Program-made: the position numbers and the translations under genes
The notes under the pieces: generated by a model
What the model was told of the DNA's origin: nothing
The model's input: only the letters and a program-made list of their open reading frames with translations
The model's database searches: none
Shown: positions 27,760 to 36,766 of the stretch, one piece after another
Numbering within the stretch: the first letter of the stretch is position 1
How the letters are laid out: each line of letters begins with the position of its first letter
IMG/VR virus record: IMGVR_UViG_3300001687_001195
Span: 16,108-80,107 of that record
DNA length: 64,000 bases
Direction: 5' to 3' (one strand)
Source of the DNA: a virus
Taxonomy: Duplodnaviria; Caudoviricetes

Positions 27760-30177
27760 ATGACACTTATCGTTGATCCCGATTCCTTAAGCCAAGGAAC
27801 GGAAACAGCGGTTCCGGGTTGCATCTTCGCTACGGGGACCGGAGCCGATATTCGGATTCATACTAGTGGTTCAAACAATTTACCTGCGCTTGCAGTTGGT
27901 GAGTTCTTTGAGGTCAGAGATCATTCTGTTGCTGTCAACAATGGACTTTATGTCGTGGTGACTGTTACGACTAGTACCGACGATTATGAATGCGACAAGA
28001 TCACTGGTAGTGCTCCGACAACAGCCGGTGCCGAAGCAATAACTACGCTTGGCGCGACAGGGACTTCGACAGAAAAATCCGTACACTTTGATACAGATAC
28101 AAAACTCTTATATCTGCTTGAACAGGGTAACTTGTCGGCTGATGGAGTGACCATGCTCGCGCTCCACTCCTTCATCAAGGAGGAATGGAAGGGTGACGAC
28201 GCGTTGCCGATGCACCCGTTCCCAATGATCGGTATTGACTTTGATGCCGGTAAGTGGGAGTTCGGTGTGGATCCATCTGGCAACTATTCTGGATGGAAGC
28301 CAGCCGAAGACGATGCTGGAAATAGTATCTACACGCGGCGACTTGTGCGCAACGCGGGTTGGAACGAGTACGATAATGCGGGTGTGCTTCAGAAGCGATT
28401 TGCAAATATCACAACCCTTGGTTCGTTCGAGGATGAGGCGAACGATAAAGCATATTATGCGCTTGGGGATGATCCTACGGATACAGGAGCGGCAGTTGAT
28501 TTTGTGTACGCTGGTCCAGTAAATGAAGTTGTTAAGTTTTATGAAGAGATAGGCGATCTATCTGGGGATACGCCGAGTTTTGCAACAACTTCGACGATCA
28601 CGAGTTCAACAGGGTCATTCATTACTGATGGTTTTGTGGTTGGTGGGCAGGTGACGGTTCAGGATTCTACATCGAATGACGGTACTTATGTATTGACTGG
28701 AGTTACTGCGACTACGTTGACCGTAGAAGGAACACCGCTCACTGTAGAAGCGTGGGGTACTAGCCGAATTGCGGTTAACAACGATAATGTTTTTAATGCC
28801 TATTTGCGCATTCGTGATGCGGATCCGAATGGGAAGACATTTTCGCAAGCTGGCTTAGCTGATGGTGGTGAAACGGCACTGGTGAATAAGGTGATCAAGC
28901 TTCCGCTTGCTAATGCAACGGACTTGAACATCGAAGAGACTGATGCCAATATTGCATCATCTTCGCCTTATACCGAAATCGTGGTTCGGTACTTTGATCA
29001 GGCGTTCAGCCGGGAAGTAGATTCAGCAACGAACCGCGAGTTTGGAATTGTTATCGATGTTGGTACACATTCAGGTGTAGACGGATCAGCACCCGGAGCC
29101 GGTTCAGTATTGACGACCGCTGAAGGCGGCATGGGTGTAAATGCCTATGCAGGCGGTACGCTTCGTATCCATGAGGGTACTGATGAAAATACTGAATTTC
29201 CTATTGTCTCGAATACCGCTACGACAATCACGGTAACAGGTACTCTTTCTTCGGGAACTAATATCTCGTTTACTGCACAACGCGCAACTCCGATTGTGGC
29301 GACTAAGAATGAGATTTACGAGAAAGTTCAGTACTTGCTTCGCCAAGCAGCAGACATCGATTCCACAGATCAGACTGTAAATGGTAAGACGGCAGATGAG
29401 TTGCTCCGTTTCGTTGGCTCGGATCTGGAATGTGGTTCGGGGGCGCCATCGAATCCGAACGGTGGCGGTTCTGGCGTGATTATCGAAGGATTTTCGGCTA
29501 ACGATACCAATAACCTATTCTTCTATGATAATGGTGGTACGAAACGAAACTATCCGTTTGTGGCCGCAGGAAACTTATTGTTTAACGCAAACTTGGTTGG
29601 AGATACCAGTCCGTACTATTGGTTGTTCTTCGAGTATACTAAGCGAACGAGTCCTACGGATGGTGCGATCGTTTCTCCAACTGGAAATACAGGGGATCTT
29701 GAATCGCCTACTAGCGCCTTGCCAACATTGTCGGTGGATGATTTTATCGCGGTATCGGGCTTCTCGAATCCAGAGAATAACGGTATTTACATTGTTACGG
29801 CTGTTAATACAGTGAACCAGGACTATTCGGTTCGCAAGCTGGATGGAGCAACGCTAGTAGCGGAATCTGGGGCAACGATCAATGTGGATGAGCATCCATT
29901 CGAGTCAGACGGTGCAATCATAGTGGATAACAATAGCGGGTCTGACATCAAAGGCGTGATTGGTGCTGGAACGATTGGTTTCGATTTCGATTATGATAAC
30001 AATGTCCAAGGTGGACGCGGTTCTGGTACCGATGCTAAAGTGATCTTGGTTGCGGTTGGACTCGAATTGGGTCAATACGTGCGAAGTGCAGGTGGCGCCC
30101 AGGCATTTACGATTACGCGGGCGACTGGACTCAGTTTCTCGGTTACGGCGGCCCTTGAGCGGAACTACAGCACGTAG
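27760..30177 (+). CDS. Large virion structural protein
   Basis: 805 aa, T/G/S/D-rich. Internal repeats NNGLYVVVTV / NDGTYVLTGV / NNGIYIVTAV. AGGAGG RBS. Confidence 0.6.
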   Translation: MTLIVDPDSLSQGTETAVPGCIFATGTGADIRIHTSGSNNLPALAVGEFFEVRDHSVAVNNGLYVVVTVTTSTDDYECDKITGSAPTTAGAEAITTLGATGTSTEKSVHFDTDTKLLYLLEQGNLSADGVTMLALHSFIKEEWKGDDALPMHPFPMIGIDFDAGKWEFGVDPSGNYSGWKPAEDDAGNSIYTRRLVRNAGWNEYDNAGVLQKRFANITTLGSFEDEANDKAYYALGDDPTDTGAAVDFVYAGPVNEVVKFYEEIGDLSGDTPSFATTSTITSSTGSFITDGFVVGGQVTVQDSTSNDGTYVLTGVTATTLTVEGTPLTVEAWGTSRIAVNNDNVFNAYLRIRDADPNGKTFSQAGLADGGETALVNKVIKLPLANATDLNIEETDANIASSSPYTEIVVRYFDQAFSREVDSATNREFGIVIDVGTHSGVDGSAPGAGSVLTTAEGGMGVNAYAGGTLRIHEGTDENTEFPIVSNTATTITVTGTLSSGTNISFTAQRATPIVATKNEIYEKVQYLLRQAADIDSTDQTVNGKTADELLRFVGSDLECGSGAPSNPNGGGSGVIIEGFSANDTNNLFFYDNGGTKRNYPFVAAGNLLFNANLVGDTSPYYWLFFEYTKRTSPTDGAIVSPTGNTGDLESPTSALPTLSVDDFIAVSGFSNPENNGIYIVTAVNTVNQDYSVRKLDGATLVAESGATINVDEHPFESDGAIIVDNNSGSDIKGVIGAGTIGFDFDYDNNVQGGRGSGTDAKVILVAVGLELGQYVRSAGGAQAFTITRATGLSFSVTAALERNYST

Positions 30178-30186
30178 GAAAGATCG

Positions 30187-30759
30187 ATGGGTGCTAAAGT
30201 CACTTTTGATAGTTTGAATAGACTGATTATTGTTACTACTGCGCCGGTAGATGGTCTGATTACGCTGGATGTCCAAGTAGATCTTTATTCCGACATGAAG
30301 GAAGACATTCGAGCGAGCGCGACATTAGCAGCAAACCCAACCGCATTTCTTGCTTCCTTGGGGGGTGTTCCAACTCCAACAGGATACACCGGACAGTATT
30401 ACTTTCTGAATAATGCCGAGGGTTGGCGGCTTCAGCCGTATGACGCAGATCACGAATTGATGTTAGTTGGGAATATTCTTGTTGGGGATACAAGTGCGCC
30501 TTGGTTTGTGTCTCGACCAGGGCGCACGATCGTAATCTCGCGCGAATTTTCTAACTTAGCAGCGTTGGTAGAAAGTAATGCACAACAAGATGAGATTACA
30601 TTCTTGTATAAAGTAGCAAGGAACAAGAAACGGTTGCACAAGGTCAGTGATACGGAATATCAAGTTACGGTGTATGATGACGACAATGTAACACCACTTG
30701 TTCAATGGACACTTGAACAGGAAGCGGTGACGGAAGACGAAATTCGTACTTTGGTGTAG
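30187..30759 (+). CDS. Putative virion protein
   Basis: VTFDSLNRLI, LDVQVDLYSD, YYFLNNAEGWRL: pattern recalled from environmental phage structural modules. Confidence 0.5.
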   Translation: MGAKVTFDSLNRLIIVTTAPVDGLITLDVQVDLYSDMKEDIRASATLAANPTAFLASLGGVPTPTGYTGQYYFLNNAEGWRLQPYDADHELMLVGNILVGDTSAPWFVSRPGRTIVISREFSNLAALVESNAQQDEITFLYKVARNKKRLHKVSDTEYQVTVYDDDNVTPLVQWTLEQEAVTEDEIRTLV

Positions 30760-30760
30760 C

Positions 30761-30982
30761 ATGGCCATAGCCGATCACATTTTACTTTTGACGGATGGCC
30801 AGCTTGGTATTTTTTCGATTGTAGGTACAGGGAATGGTGGTGGTCCTGATGAGCCTGGCGGAGATATTTATTATTTTACGGTACCGTTAACGTTACAAAT
30901 TGATACAGAAATATTGGAAATTGATGTTAGTACAGACAATTTAGTGATAGATCGAAAGACCGAATTTGAAGGTTGGGAATGA
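30761..30982 (+). CDS. Hypothetical protein
   Basis: 73 aa, tightly packed between neighbours. Confidence 0.45.
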   Translation: MAIADHILLLTDGQLGIFSIVGTGNGGGPDEPGGDIYYFTVPLTLQIDTEILEIDVSTDNLVIDRKTEFEGWE

Positions 30983-32502
30983 GCAATCTCATTCAAAATG
31001 GCAATTTCGATAACTGGACGCCAGCGAATCCGACTGAGCTTCTGACCGACGGCGGGATGGAGTTGTGGACGCCGGACAGCACGCCGGAGTTGCTGACCGA
31101 TCCGGGGCTGGGGGCGTGGAACGACCCGCACGATCTGACGAATTACGACGAGCAGGTCTTTGGAACCAGTACGGTCAACCGGGAATCCTTGGTTACTCGC
31201 GGCGGGGCGCCCTTTAGCGCACGGCTCGATATTGATGCGGCTAACGATGCCGCGCGTTTCTACAAGCCAATCACTCTCCCCGCCGCTACCCGGTATTGTG
31301 TGTCGATGTGGCACAAGGAAACGGGCACAGCAACCGCTGGCTTCATCATCTACGACGGGATCGGTAATTACCTTAAGGCTGACTACACCTGGGCACCAGG
31401 ATACTATGTTCATCCGCTGCCGCACGCGGACGATTGGACCTTGAGTAGGCTGTTCTTCACTACATTGGGCAACACCAATTATGGCATCTTCTGGACGAGC
31501 GCCTCCGCCGCCTCCCAATCGATCTACATCGACGACGTGTCGCTCAAGCTCGTGCCGACCAACCTGACGAACTGGACGGAGAGCGTTTCCGGGTCGAGCA
31601 CCGTCAACCGGGACGGTGACGTGCAGCGTAGCGGGCAGTATGCGTGTCGGCTGGATGTGGTGGCGGGGGCATTTGCGCAGATCCTCCAGGCCGTTGCCCT
31701 CTCCGCCGTAACCAGGTACCGCTTTGCGGTTTTTGGTAGGACATCAATCGACAAGGTTGTCGTGGCCCAGATCACGGATGTCGCCACCTCAAAAACCTGG
31801 CGGCCGGTCGAACAGAGTTGGGATGCCGGGACCATCGGTATTCCCAAGAGTTCCGTGGGAGCATTCTCCTCCTACATACAGGAAGTCATTACGGTCGGCG
31901 CTAATGACTACCAATTCGTGATGAAGCGCCTCAGTATCGGCGGCACCGACAACTACTCCGGCTGGTGGGACGATGCGTCGCTGATTGCCATCCCCACCAA
32001 CGCCGACAGTTGGACCGAATCAATTTCCGGTAATTCTGTTGTTTTGCGCGATCAGGATAAAGGCGCATATTCTGGGCTTTATTGCTGTCGGTTGCAGGTA
32101 GATGATGCCGGTTCAGCGGTATCTGTGTCTCAAAGCCCTTTGTTGCAGCCGTATCTTTGGTACAGATTGACCTATAAGTACCAGACAAGTAATAATGCTC
32201 AGATTGCTTTTTCGATTCAGAACAATGTGACAGGGCACTATTTGCAATCTGATTTTACATGGGCCGCGACTCTATATGTATTCGAACCTGCTGCGGCTTC
32301 TGATTGGACTAATGTGCAGATGTATTTCAAACCATCGTGTGCAGCTTTGCATACTATTAAATTTGCTAATGGGCAAAACTCCGCAGGGGAAATGTTGTGG
32401 CTAGATGCGGTATCCTTATACGATAGCCACTACTTTGTTGCGCCATTGAGTATGGAAATCAATGCAGATGAGCTTGAGTTGGTTCTATCTACAGAACCAT
32501 AA
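30979..32502 (+). CDS. Triple CBM4/9-like (galactose-binding fold) protein with nested domains
   Basis: Three N-terminal strands (NLIQNGNFDNW, ELLTDGGMELW, ELLTDPGLGAW) followed by three domain bodies ending IDDVSL, WDDASL, LDAVSL. Confidence 0.7.
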   Translation: MSNLIQNGNFDNWTPANPTELLTDGGMELWTPDSTPELLTDPGLGAWNDPHDLTNYDEQVFGTSTVNRESLVTRGGAPFSARLDIDAANDAARFYKPITLPAATRYCVSMWHKETGTATAGFIIYDGIGNYLKADYTWAPGYYVHPLPHADDWTLSRLFFTTLGNTNYGIFWTSASAASQSIYIDDVSLKLVPTNLTNWTESVSGSSTVNRDGDVQRSGQYACRLDVVAGAFAQILQAVALSAVTRYRFAVFGRTSIDKVVVAQITDVATSKTWRPVEQSWDAGTIGIPKSSVGAFSSYIQEVITVGANDYQFVMKRLSIGGTDNYSGWWDDASLIAIPTNADSWTESISGNSVVLRDQDKGAYSGLYCCRLQVDDAGSAVSVSQSPLLQPYLWYRLTYKYQTSNNAQIAFSIQNNVTGHYLQSDFTWAATLYVFEPAAASDWTNVQMYFKPSCAALHTIKFANGQNSAGEMLWLDAVSLYDSHYFVAPLSMEINADELELVLSTEP

Positions 32503-32522
32503 CTCGATGCTTGGAGAACGCC

Positions 32523-32876
32523 ATGTCAGACCGTATTACGATTTTGCGGGGCAATAAAAAAGATTTTGTTCTTTCATTAAAACAAAACGGTGTTGCCTAT
32601 ACAGGGTTGTCTGGCGTGGAGAAGGTAACGGTAGCTATTGGACCCTCCGGTAGTAAAACTACAAATGCCATATTGTACAATAATATAGATCATCCGACAA
32701 AGGTTGAAATAGATATACCGGAAGTGGGAGATGTATTTGTTCACCTGTCTTCGTTAGATACAGATTTGGAGTTAACTGAGTATGATGTAGCTGTACAGTG
32801 TAAATTGGATCAGACAAATAATGAGGAATGGGAAAAAGAGAGCGCTATTTTAGTGAAACAAGATCGAATAGTGTAA
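32523..32876 (+). CDS. BppU-N-like Ig-fold virion protein
   Basis: ITILRGNKKDFVLSLKQNG..VFVHLSSLDT..YDVAVQ pattern. Confidence 0.5.
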   Translation: MSDRITILRGNKKDFVLSLKQNGVAYTGLSGVEKVTVAIGPSGSKTTNAILYNNIDHPTKVEIDIPEVGDVFVHLSSLDTDLELTEYDVAVQCKLDQTNNEEWEKESAILVKQDRIV

Positions 32877-32887
32877 TGGAGAAGAAC

Positions 32888-33127
32888 ATGAAAAAGCTAT
32901 CTGTTGTTTTGTTGCTCATGATCGCTCTGACAGGATGTACATCTTGTACTAAGGGGTACGTAAAGGCAAGCGAGATCGAACCGATGGTAGACGCTGTGGT
33001 AGAGCGTCACAATGGATATATCGACAAGGGGAGTGAAACGGATCCGGCGCGTGCCGAGACATTCAAGAACGAAGCGAATGTGCTGAAGGCGGCTGTGAAT
33101 ACGGCTGCGAAGGGAGGCAATAAGTAA
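32888..33127 (+). CDS. Lipoprotein (possible outer spanin)
   Basis: MKKLSVVLLLMIALTGC: signal peptide with lipobox LTGC. Confidence 0.7.
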   Translation: MKKLSVVLLLMIALTGCTSCTKGYVKASEIEPMVDAVVERHNGYIDKGSETDPARAETFKNEANVLKAAVNTAAKGGNK

Positions 33128-33468
33128 TGCCTCCTCCTGGAGTACCTACAGTTGAGAACATCATGGAAGGCTTCAAAGATGTGTTTGACGAACAGATCAT
33201 GAAGTTTTTCCAGAGCGAACAGCCAGAACAACTACAGCAATTTTCCGAGATTCTTTTGCGGAGTACCGCCGCAGGAATCCGGAGCGGTGATGAGGAGATC
33301 ATCGCTTCGGTAAAACGGACAGCACGCGGAATGGTGGAATTGGCCCGAGTTATTGCTGTCAATGCAGCCTGGGACATCATTGACGCGGCTTTAGATTATC
33401 TCATTAAGATCGGGAAGGCAGCGCTGCAAGCTGTACTGAAAGCTTACATTCCGATCCCAACACCTTGA
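33127..33468 (+). CDS. Hypothetical helical protein
   Basis: TAATG overlap. Amphipathic C-terminus. Confidence 0.55.
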   Translation: MPPPGVPTVENIMEGFKDVFDEQIMKFFQSEQPEQLQQFSEILLRSTAAGIRSGDEEIIASVKRTARGMVELARVIAVNAAWDIIDAALDYLIKIGKAALQAVLKAYIPIPTP

Positions 33469-33478
33469 GAGTAAAACG

Positions 33479-33679
33479 ATGAATGCAGCAGCATATGTTG
33501 ACATCATCAAATGGAGTATCTTAGGCGTTTTGGTGGTCGGAACCATTGTTCTGATTGCAATGGAACGCCTTAGTGTGGAGGGCGCGATTGCTTTGGTCAC
33601 GGGTATTGCTGCCATCTTCATCGGCGGTAATGTGTTGAGCAGCAGACTTCGCAATGGTGCGCAGCCGCCCAAGCCATGA
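33479..33679 (+). CDS. Two-TM holin-like protein
   Basis: 66 aa, two hydrophobic helices, basic C-terminus. Confidence 0.55.
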   Translation: MNAAAYVDIIKWSILGVLVVGTIVLIAMERLSVEGAIALVTGIAAIFIGGNVLSSRLRNGAQPPKP

Positions 33680-33712
33680 TTTCTGAACAGCGCTCACTCG
33701 GGCGCGAATAAG

Positions 33713-33784
33713 GCAGGGGCGGAGTCTATTTGGTCTGAACCGCCGTGTGGTTCCCTGCGGCGTTCGCTCTGCCCCTGCTGTTTT
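33713..33784 (+). terminator. Large-loop hairpin with U-tract
   Basis: GCAGGGGCGGAG/CTCTGCCCCTGC 12-bp stem (one G.U), 42-nt loop with an inner hairpin, then TGTTTT. Confidence 0.55.
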
Positions 33785-33797
33785 CGTGGAGAGACGC

Positions 33798-34478
33798 ATG
33801 AATGAGCTAACGCCACCTGTTCTCGATTGGACCACGGCGCCCGCCTTCGGTCGTACAGAAGCCCTTAAAAAGACTCTGGCACTTTTGTCGGAGCGCCTTC
33901 CTCAAGAGCGCGATTTCAACATTGTCGAAGTGGGTACTGCCTATCGGTACGACCTGAATGAATTAGGCAATGCCATTTTGGCGTTTGCCTGGTTTGCTTC
34001 CACTTTTGGCGGTAAAGTGTACATCTTTGATCCGCTTCAGCCATCCATAAAGAGTGCTCAGGACATTTTGAGGCAGCATGGGAAGCCACATGCATGCATA
34101 GATCATTGTTTCTGGTTTCAGATGAGCGGATGGAAGATCAGGGAAGTTTTGCCACCGAATTTGCGGATTCCGATCGACTTAATCTATCTGGATGCCTTTA
34201 TTGGCCCAACAAATCACAACGTTTGTAAAGAGCCGAATACTGACAAAAACGAGTGGTATGACGAGTTGTACACACGGATCAAACATCTTTTTGTGCCGGG
34301 GTCGCTACTTCTCATTGATGATACCAATCCGACAAACTTTGACGGCAAGGGCTGCACATTGATCCCGAGGCTACTGCGGGATGGGGACTGGCGCAGGATC
34401 GGCCCAGAAGAGGGCTTCCCGGCGGCTGCAGCCATGGTTCTCATGGAGAAGCGATCCCATGGAGAAGGGGGAGATTGA
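33798..34478 (+). CDS. Class I SAM-dependent methyltransferase (Methyltransf_24-like)
   Basis: IVEVGT, IDLIYLDA, LLIDDT..GKG..LIP.L..GDW. Confidence 0.7.
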   Translation: MNELTPPVLDWTTAPAFGRTEALKKTLALLSERLPQERDFNIVEVGTAYRYDLNELGNAILAFAWFASTFGGKVYIFDPLQPSIKSAQDILRQHGKPHACIDHCFWFQMSGWKIREVLPPNLRIPIDLIYLDAFIGPTNHNVCKEPNTDKNEWYDELYTRIKHLFVPGSLLLIDDTNPTNFDGKGCTLIPRLLRDGDWRRIGPEEGFPAAAAMVLMEKRSHGEGGD

Positions 34479-34653
34479 ACGGCTCCTGACGGACGCAGAC
34501 TTCGTGTTGGTGATCCGGACGCGGAGAGGGAATTTGGTTTTACAGGGAGAGCTATCGAAAAGTTTGTGGGATACCTATGGGGATCAAGTTGGAGTGGATC
34601 ATGTGATTCGACAGCTTCGGGCAAGTTTGCTATCGAAGGTAAACATAAAGTGA
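34459..34653 (+). CDS. Small hypothetical protein
   Basis: ATG 34459 with GGAG. Stop overlaps the next GTG start. Confidence 0.45.
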   Translation: MEKGEIERLLTDADFVLVIRTRRGNLVLQGELSKSLWDTYGDQVGVDHVIRQLRASLLSKVNIK

Positions 34654-35498
34654 CTGTTCCATATAAACCGATTTTCTTCGTTGGTAACAAGCGATCTGGT
34701 ACGACGCTACTTACATATATGTTGAATCGGCATCGAAAGATTTTCATTCTGAATGAGGGAGGGATTCTATGGCGGCTAATCAATCCAGAACGCACGTATC
34801 AAGTAAATCATACTGATGTGCGCGAAAAATGGATGTGTAGCCGCTTTCATGATCTGCCAGAAGATATTCGTGAAGCATGGTTCATCGTTTTGCTTCGATT
34901 CTTGACGCCAGCAATTGTAGGCATTACCGAAGACTATGCAGAAAAAGATCCTACTAATCTCGAATATATTGGGGACAAAGTACCAGATCTACATTTGAAC
35001 CCTACAATGCTAGAAGCAATGCAGGAGTACTTTCCGGATGCGTACTATATCCATATGGTTCGACATCCAGTGAGATGTGTTGCGTCGATGTGGGGTACGT
35101 TTTGGAAAGGTGTGTATAAGTACGCTGCGTATGGTGGTGAACGAGAAGATAATATTATACGGGGATTAAATTCAATCGCAGATGTGGCGCGGCATTGGGT
35201 TAACTTGGAACAAAGAACGCTGCATTTCTTGTCTGCTATACCGGAAGAGAGAGTAATATTCTGCCGATATGAAGATCTTTGCGATGATCCTGTAGGACAA
35301 ATAAGCAAACTATTTGTTCAATTGAAATTAGATCCAGAAAATTTGGATGAACAAAAACGCGGTGGTACTGGTACGCCTGAATATGCGAGACAATTTCGTT
35401 GGAAATCTGCTCAAGTTCCTGCGGTAGACGGTCTGAGAGAGCTTGCTGAAGCATATGGGTACGTAGATCCACTGTTGGAAAAAATGGTAACAGGATAA
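34650..35498 (+). CDS. PAPS-dependent sulfotransferase
   Basis: PIFFVGNKRSGTTLL (5'-PSB loop), GDKVP, YIHMVRHP..VASM (3'-PB), RYEDLCDDP. Confidence 0.9.
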   Translation: MTVPYKPIFFVGNKRSGTTLLTYMLNRHRKIFILNEGGILWRLINPERTYQVNHTDVREKWMCSRFHDLPEDIREAWFIVLLRFLTPAIVGITEDYAEKDPTNLEYIGDKVPDLHLNPTMLEAMQEYFPDAYYIHMVRHPVRCVASMWGTFWKGVYKYAAYGGEREDNIIRGLNSIADVARHWVNLEQRTLHFLSAIPEERVIFCRYEDLCDDPVGQISKLFVQLKLDPENLDEQKRGGTGTPEYARQFRWKSAQVPAVDGLRELAEAYGYVDPLLEKMVTG

Positions 35499-35947
35499 TG
35501 AGACTCAATCTTGGGTGTTCAGATCGTCATTTGGCGGGATTTGTAAATGTAGACATTGTTCCACCTGCCGATGAACTTGTGGATTTGACGAAGCCGTGGC
35601 CTTGGGGGGATGATTCGGTATCATTGATTGAGGCGGAAGATATTATTGAACACCTGCCGGATAAAATTCACACGATGAATGAAATCTGGCGTGTGCTTTG
35701 TCCAGGGGGAGATGTAAGGATCAGCGTTCCGACTACGGATGGTCCGGGCGCTTGGCAGGATCCCGGTCATGTCAGCTATTGGAATCGGAACAGCTTTTTG
35801 TACTACACCGATGGAGACCCGCATTTCACGCGCTTTCATGCAGGATACGGGATCAAGGCACACTTCGCTGTAGTATCGGAGAGAAAATGGGTCGGAGCGA
35901 ATCAAGTGCCAAAGCTCGATATTTGTTTGCGCGCAGTCAAGCCGTAA
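35498..35947 (+). CDS. Class I SAM-dependent methyltransferase (type 11-like)
   Basis: RLNLGC..GFVNVD, DIIEHL, NEIWRVLCPGG, AWQDPGH. Confidence 0.85.
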   Translation: MRLNLGCSDRHLAGFVNVDIVPPADELVDLTKPWPWGDDSVSLIEAEDIIEHLPDKIHTMNEIWRVLCPGGDVRISVPTTDGPGAWQDPGHVSYWNRNSFLYYTDGDPHFTRFHAGYGIKAHFAVVSERKWVGANQVPKLDICLRAVKP

Positions 35948-36150
35948 TCGAGGTTGATTTCTTCCAAGGCGAGTTTGAACCTATCAAACCGCAAGGAAGA
36001 GAAGCAGCACGGTTGTTTAAGACGGTACCAAAACAATCGCGTAAATGCTATGGGGCAGACGCGGAATTGCGTGAGCAAGCATTACAGGCGCACACAAAGC
36101 GCATACAGCGGGAATTGAAAAATCGAAAAAGAAGAAAACGCAAAAAGTGA
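35887..36150 (+). CDS. Small basic hypothetical protein
   Basis: Fills the operon gap. ATG 35887 preceded by GGAG. Lys/Arg-rich tail. Start uncertain. Confidence 0.35.
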   Translation: MGRSESSAKARYLFARSQAVIEVDFFQGEFEPIKPQGREAARLFKTVPKQSRKCYGADAELREQALQAHTKRIQRELKNRKRRKRKK

Positions 36151-36151
36151 C

Positions 36152-36766
36152 ATGTCGAATCTTTCTTTAAGTTTTCGAGAAGCTCCAGAGCACGGACGGC
36201 AAAGAACGATCCATGAGACATTGCATATGCTTTATGGACAAACGAAAAGTCCAGTGATTCTGGAAATTGGATCTTCGATTGAGCATAATCCTAGAAATTT
36301 AGGCAATCTCACATTGTTATTCAGTTGGGTATGCGATCAGTATGGCGGAGATTTCATTACTTGTGATGTGAGAACTGATACTTGTCTTTTTGTATCCGCT
36401 TTAATAGAAAAATACCTTGGTAAAGTTCCAACGTCAACGCGTATTTTTCAAATGAGCGGTTTGCAAATTGCTAATGTGTTACAGCAGAAAGTTGATCTTC
36501 TTTATCTGGATGCGATGGATGAAGATTACGCGGATTATCTGCAAGAGAACGACCATAACAATTTTTGGTATTTACGTGTATTCCAGATTTTGAAAGATCA
36601 TTTGTCAAGTAACGCTATGGTGCTTATCGATGATACATGGAAAGGAAAGCTTCGTTTTGAAGGGAAAGGAAAGCTGTTAACTCCATTCCTTATCAACATG
36701 GGGTGGAAAATGTATTTTGGAACTTTGGATAATCCATATCCGCAAGTGCTTTTGGTAGCACCGTAA
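36152..36766 (+). CDS. Class I SAM-dependent methyltransferase, paralogue of 33798-34478
   Basis: ILEIGS..LGNLTLLFSW..YGG, VDLLYLDA, VLIDDT..GKGKLL.P.L..GW. Confidence 0.7.
   Translation: MSNLSLSFREAPEHGRQRTIHETLHMLYGQTKSPVILEIGSSIEHNPRNLGNLTLLFSWVCDQYGGDFITCDVRTDTCLFVSALIEKYLGKVPTSTRIFQMSGLQIANVLQQKVDLLYLDAMDEDYADYLQENDHNNFWYLRVFQILKDHLSSNAMVLIDDTWKGKLRFEGKGKLLTPFLINMGWKMYFGTLDNPYPQVLLVAP

Noticed and set aside
23176-32876. Diversity-generating retroelement acting on the fibre genes
   Set aside because: No reverse transcriptase and no ~100-bp TR/VR repeat pair with adenine-specific mismatches was seen.
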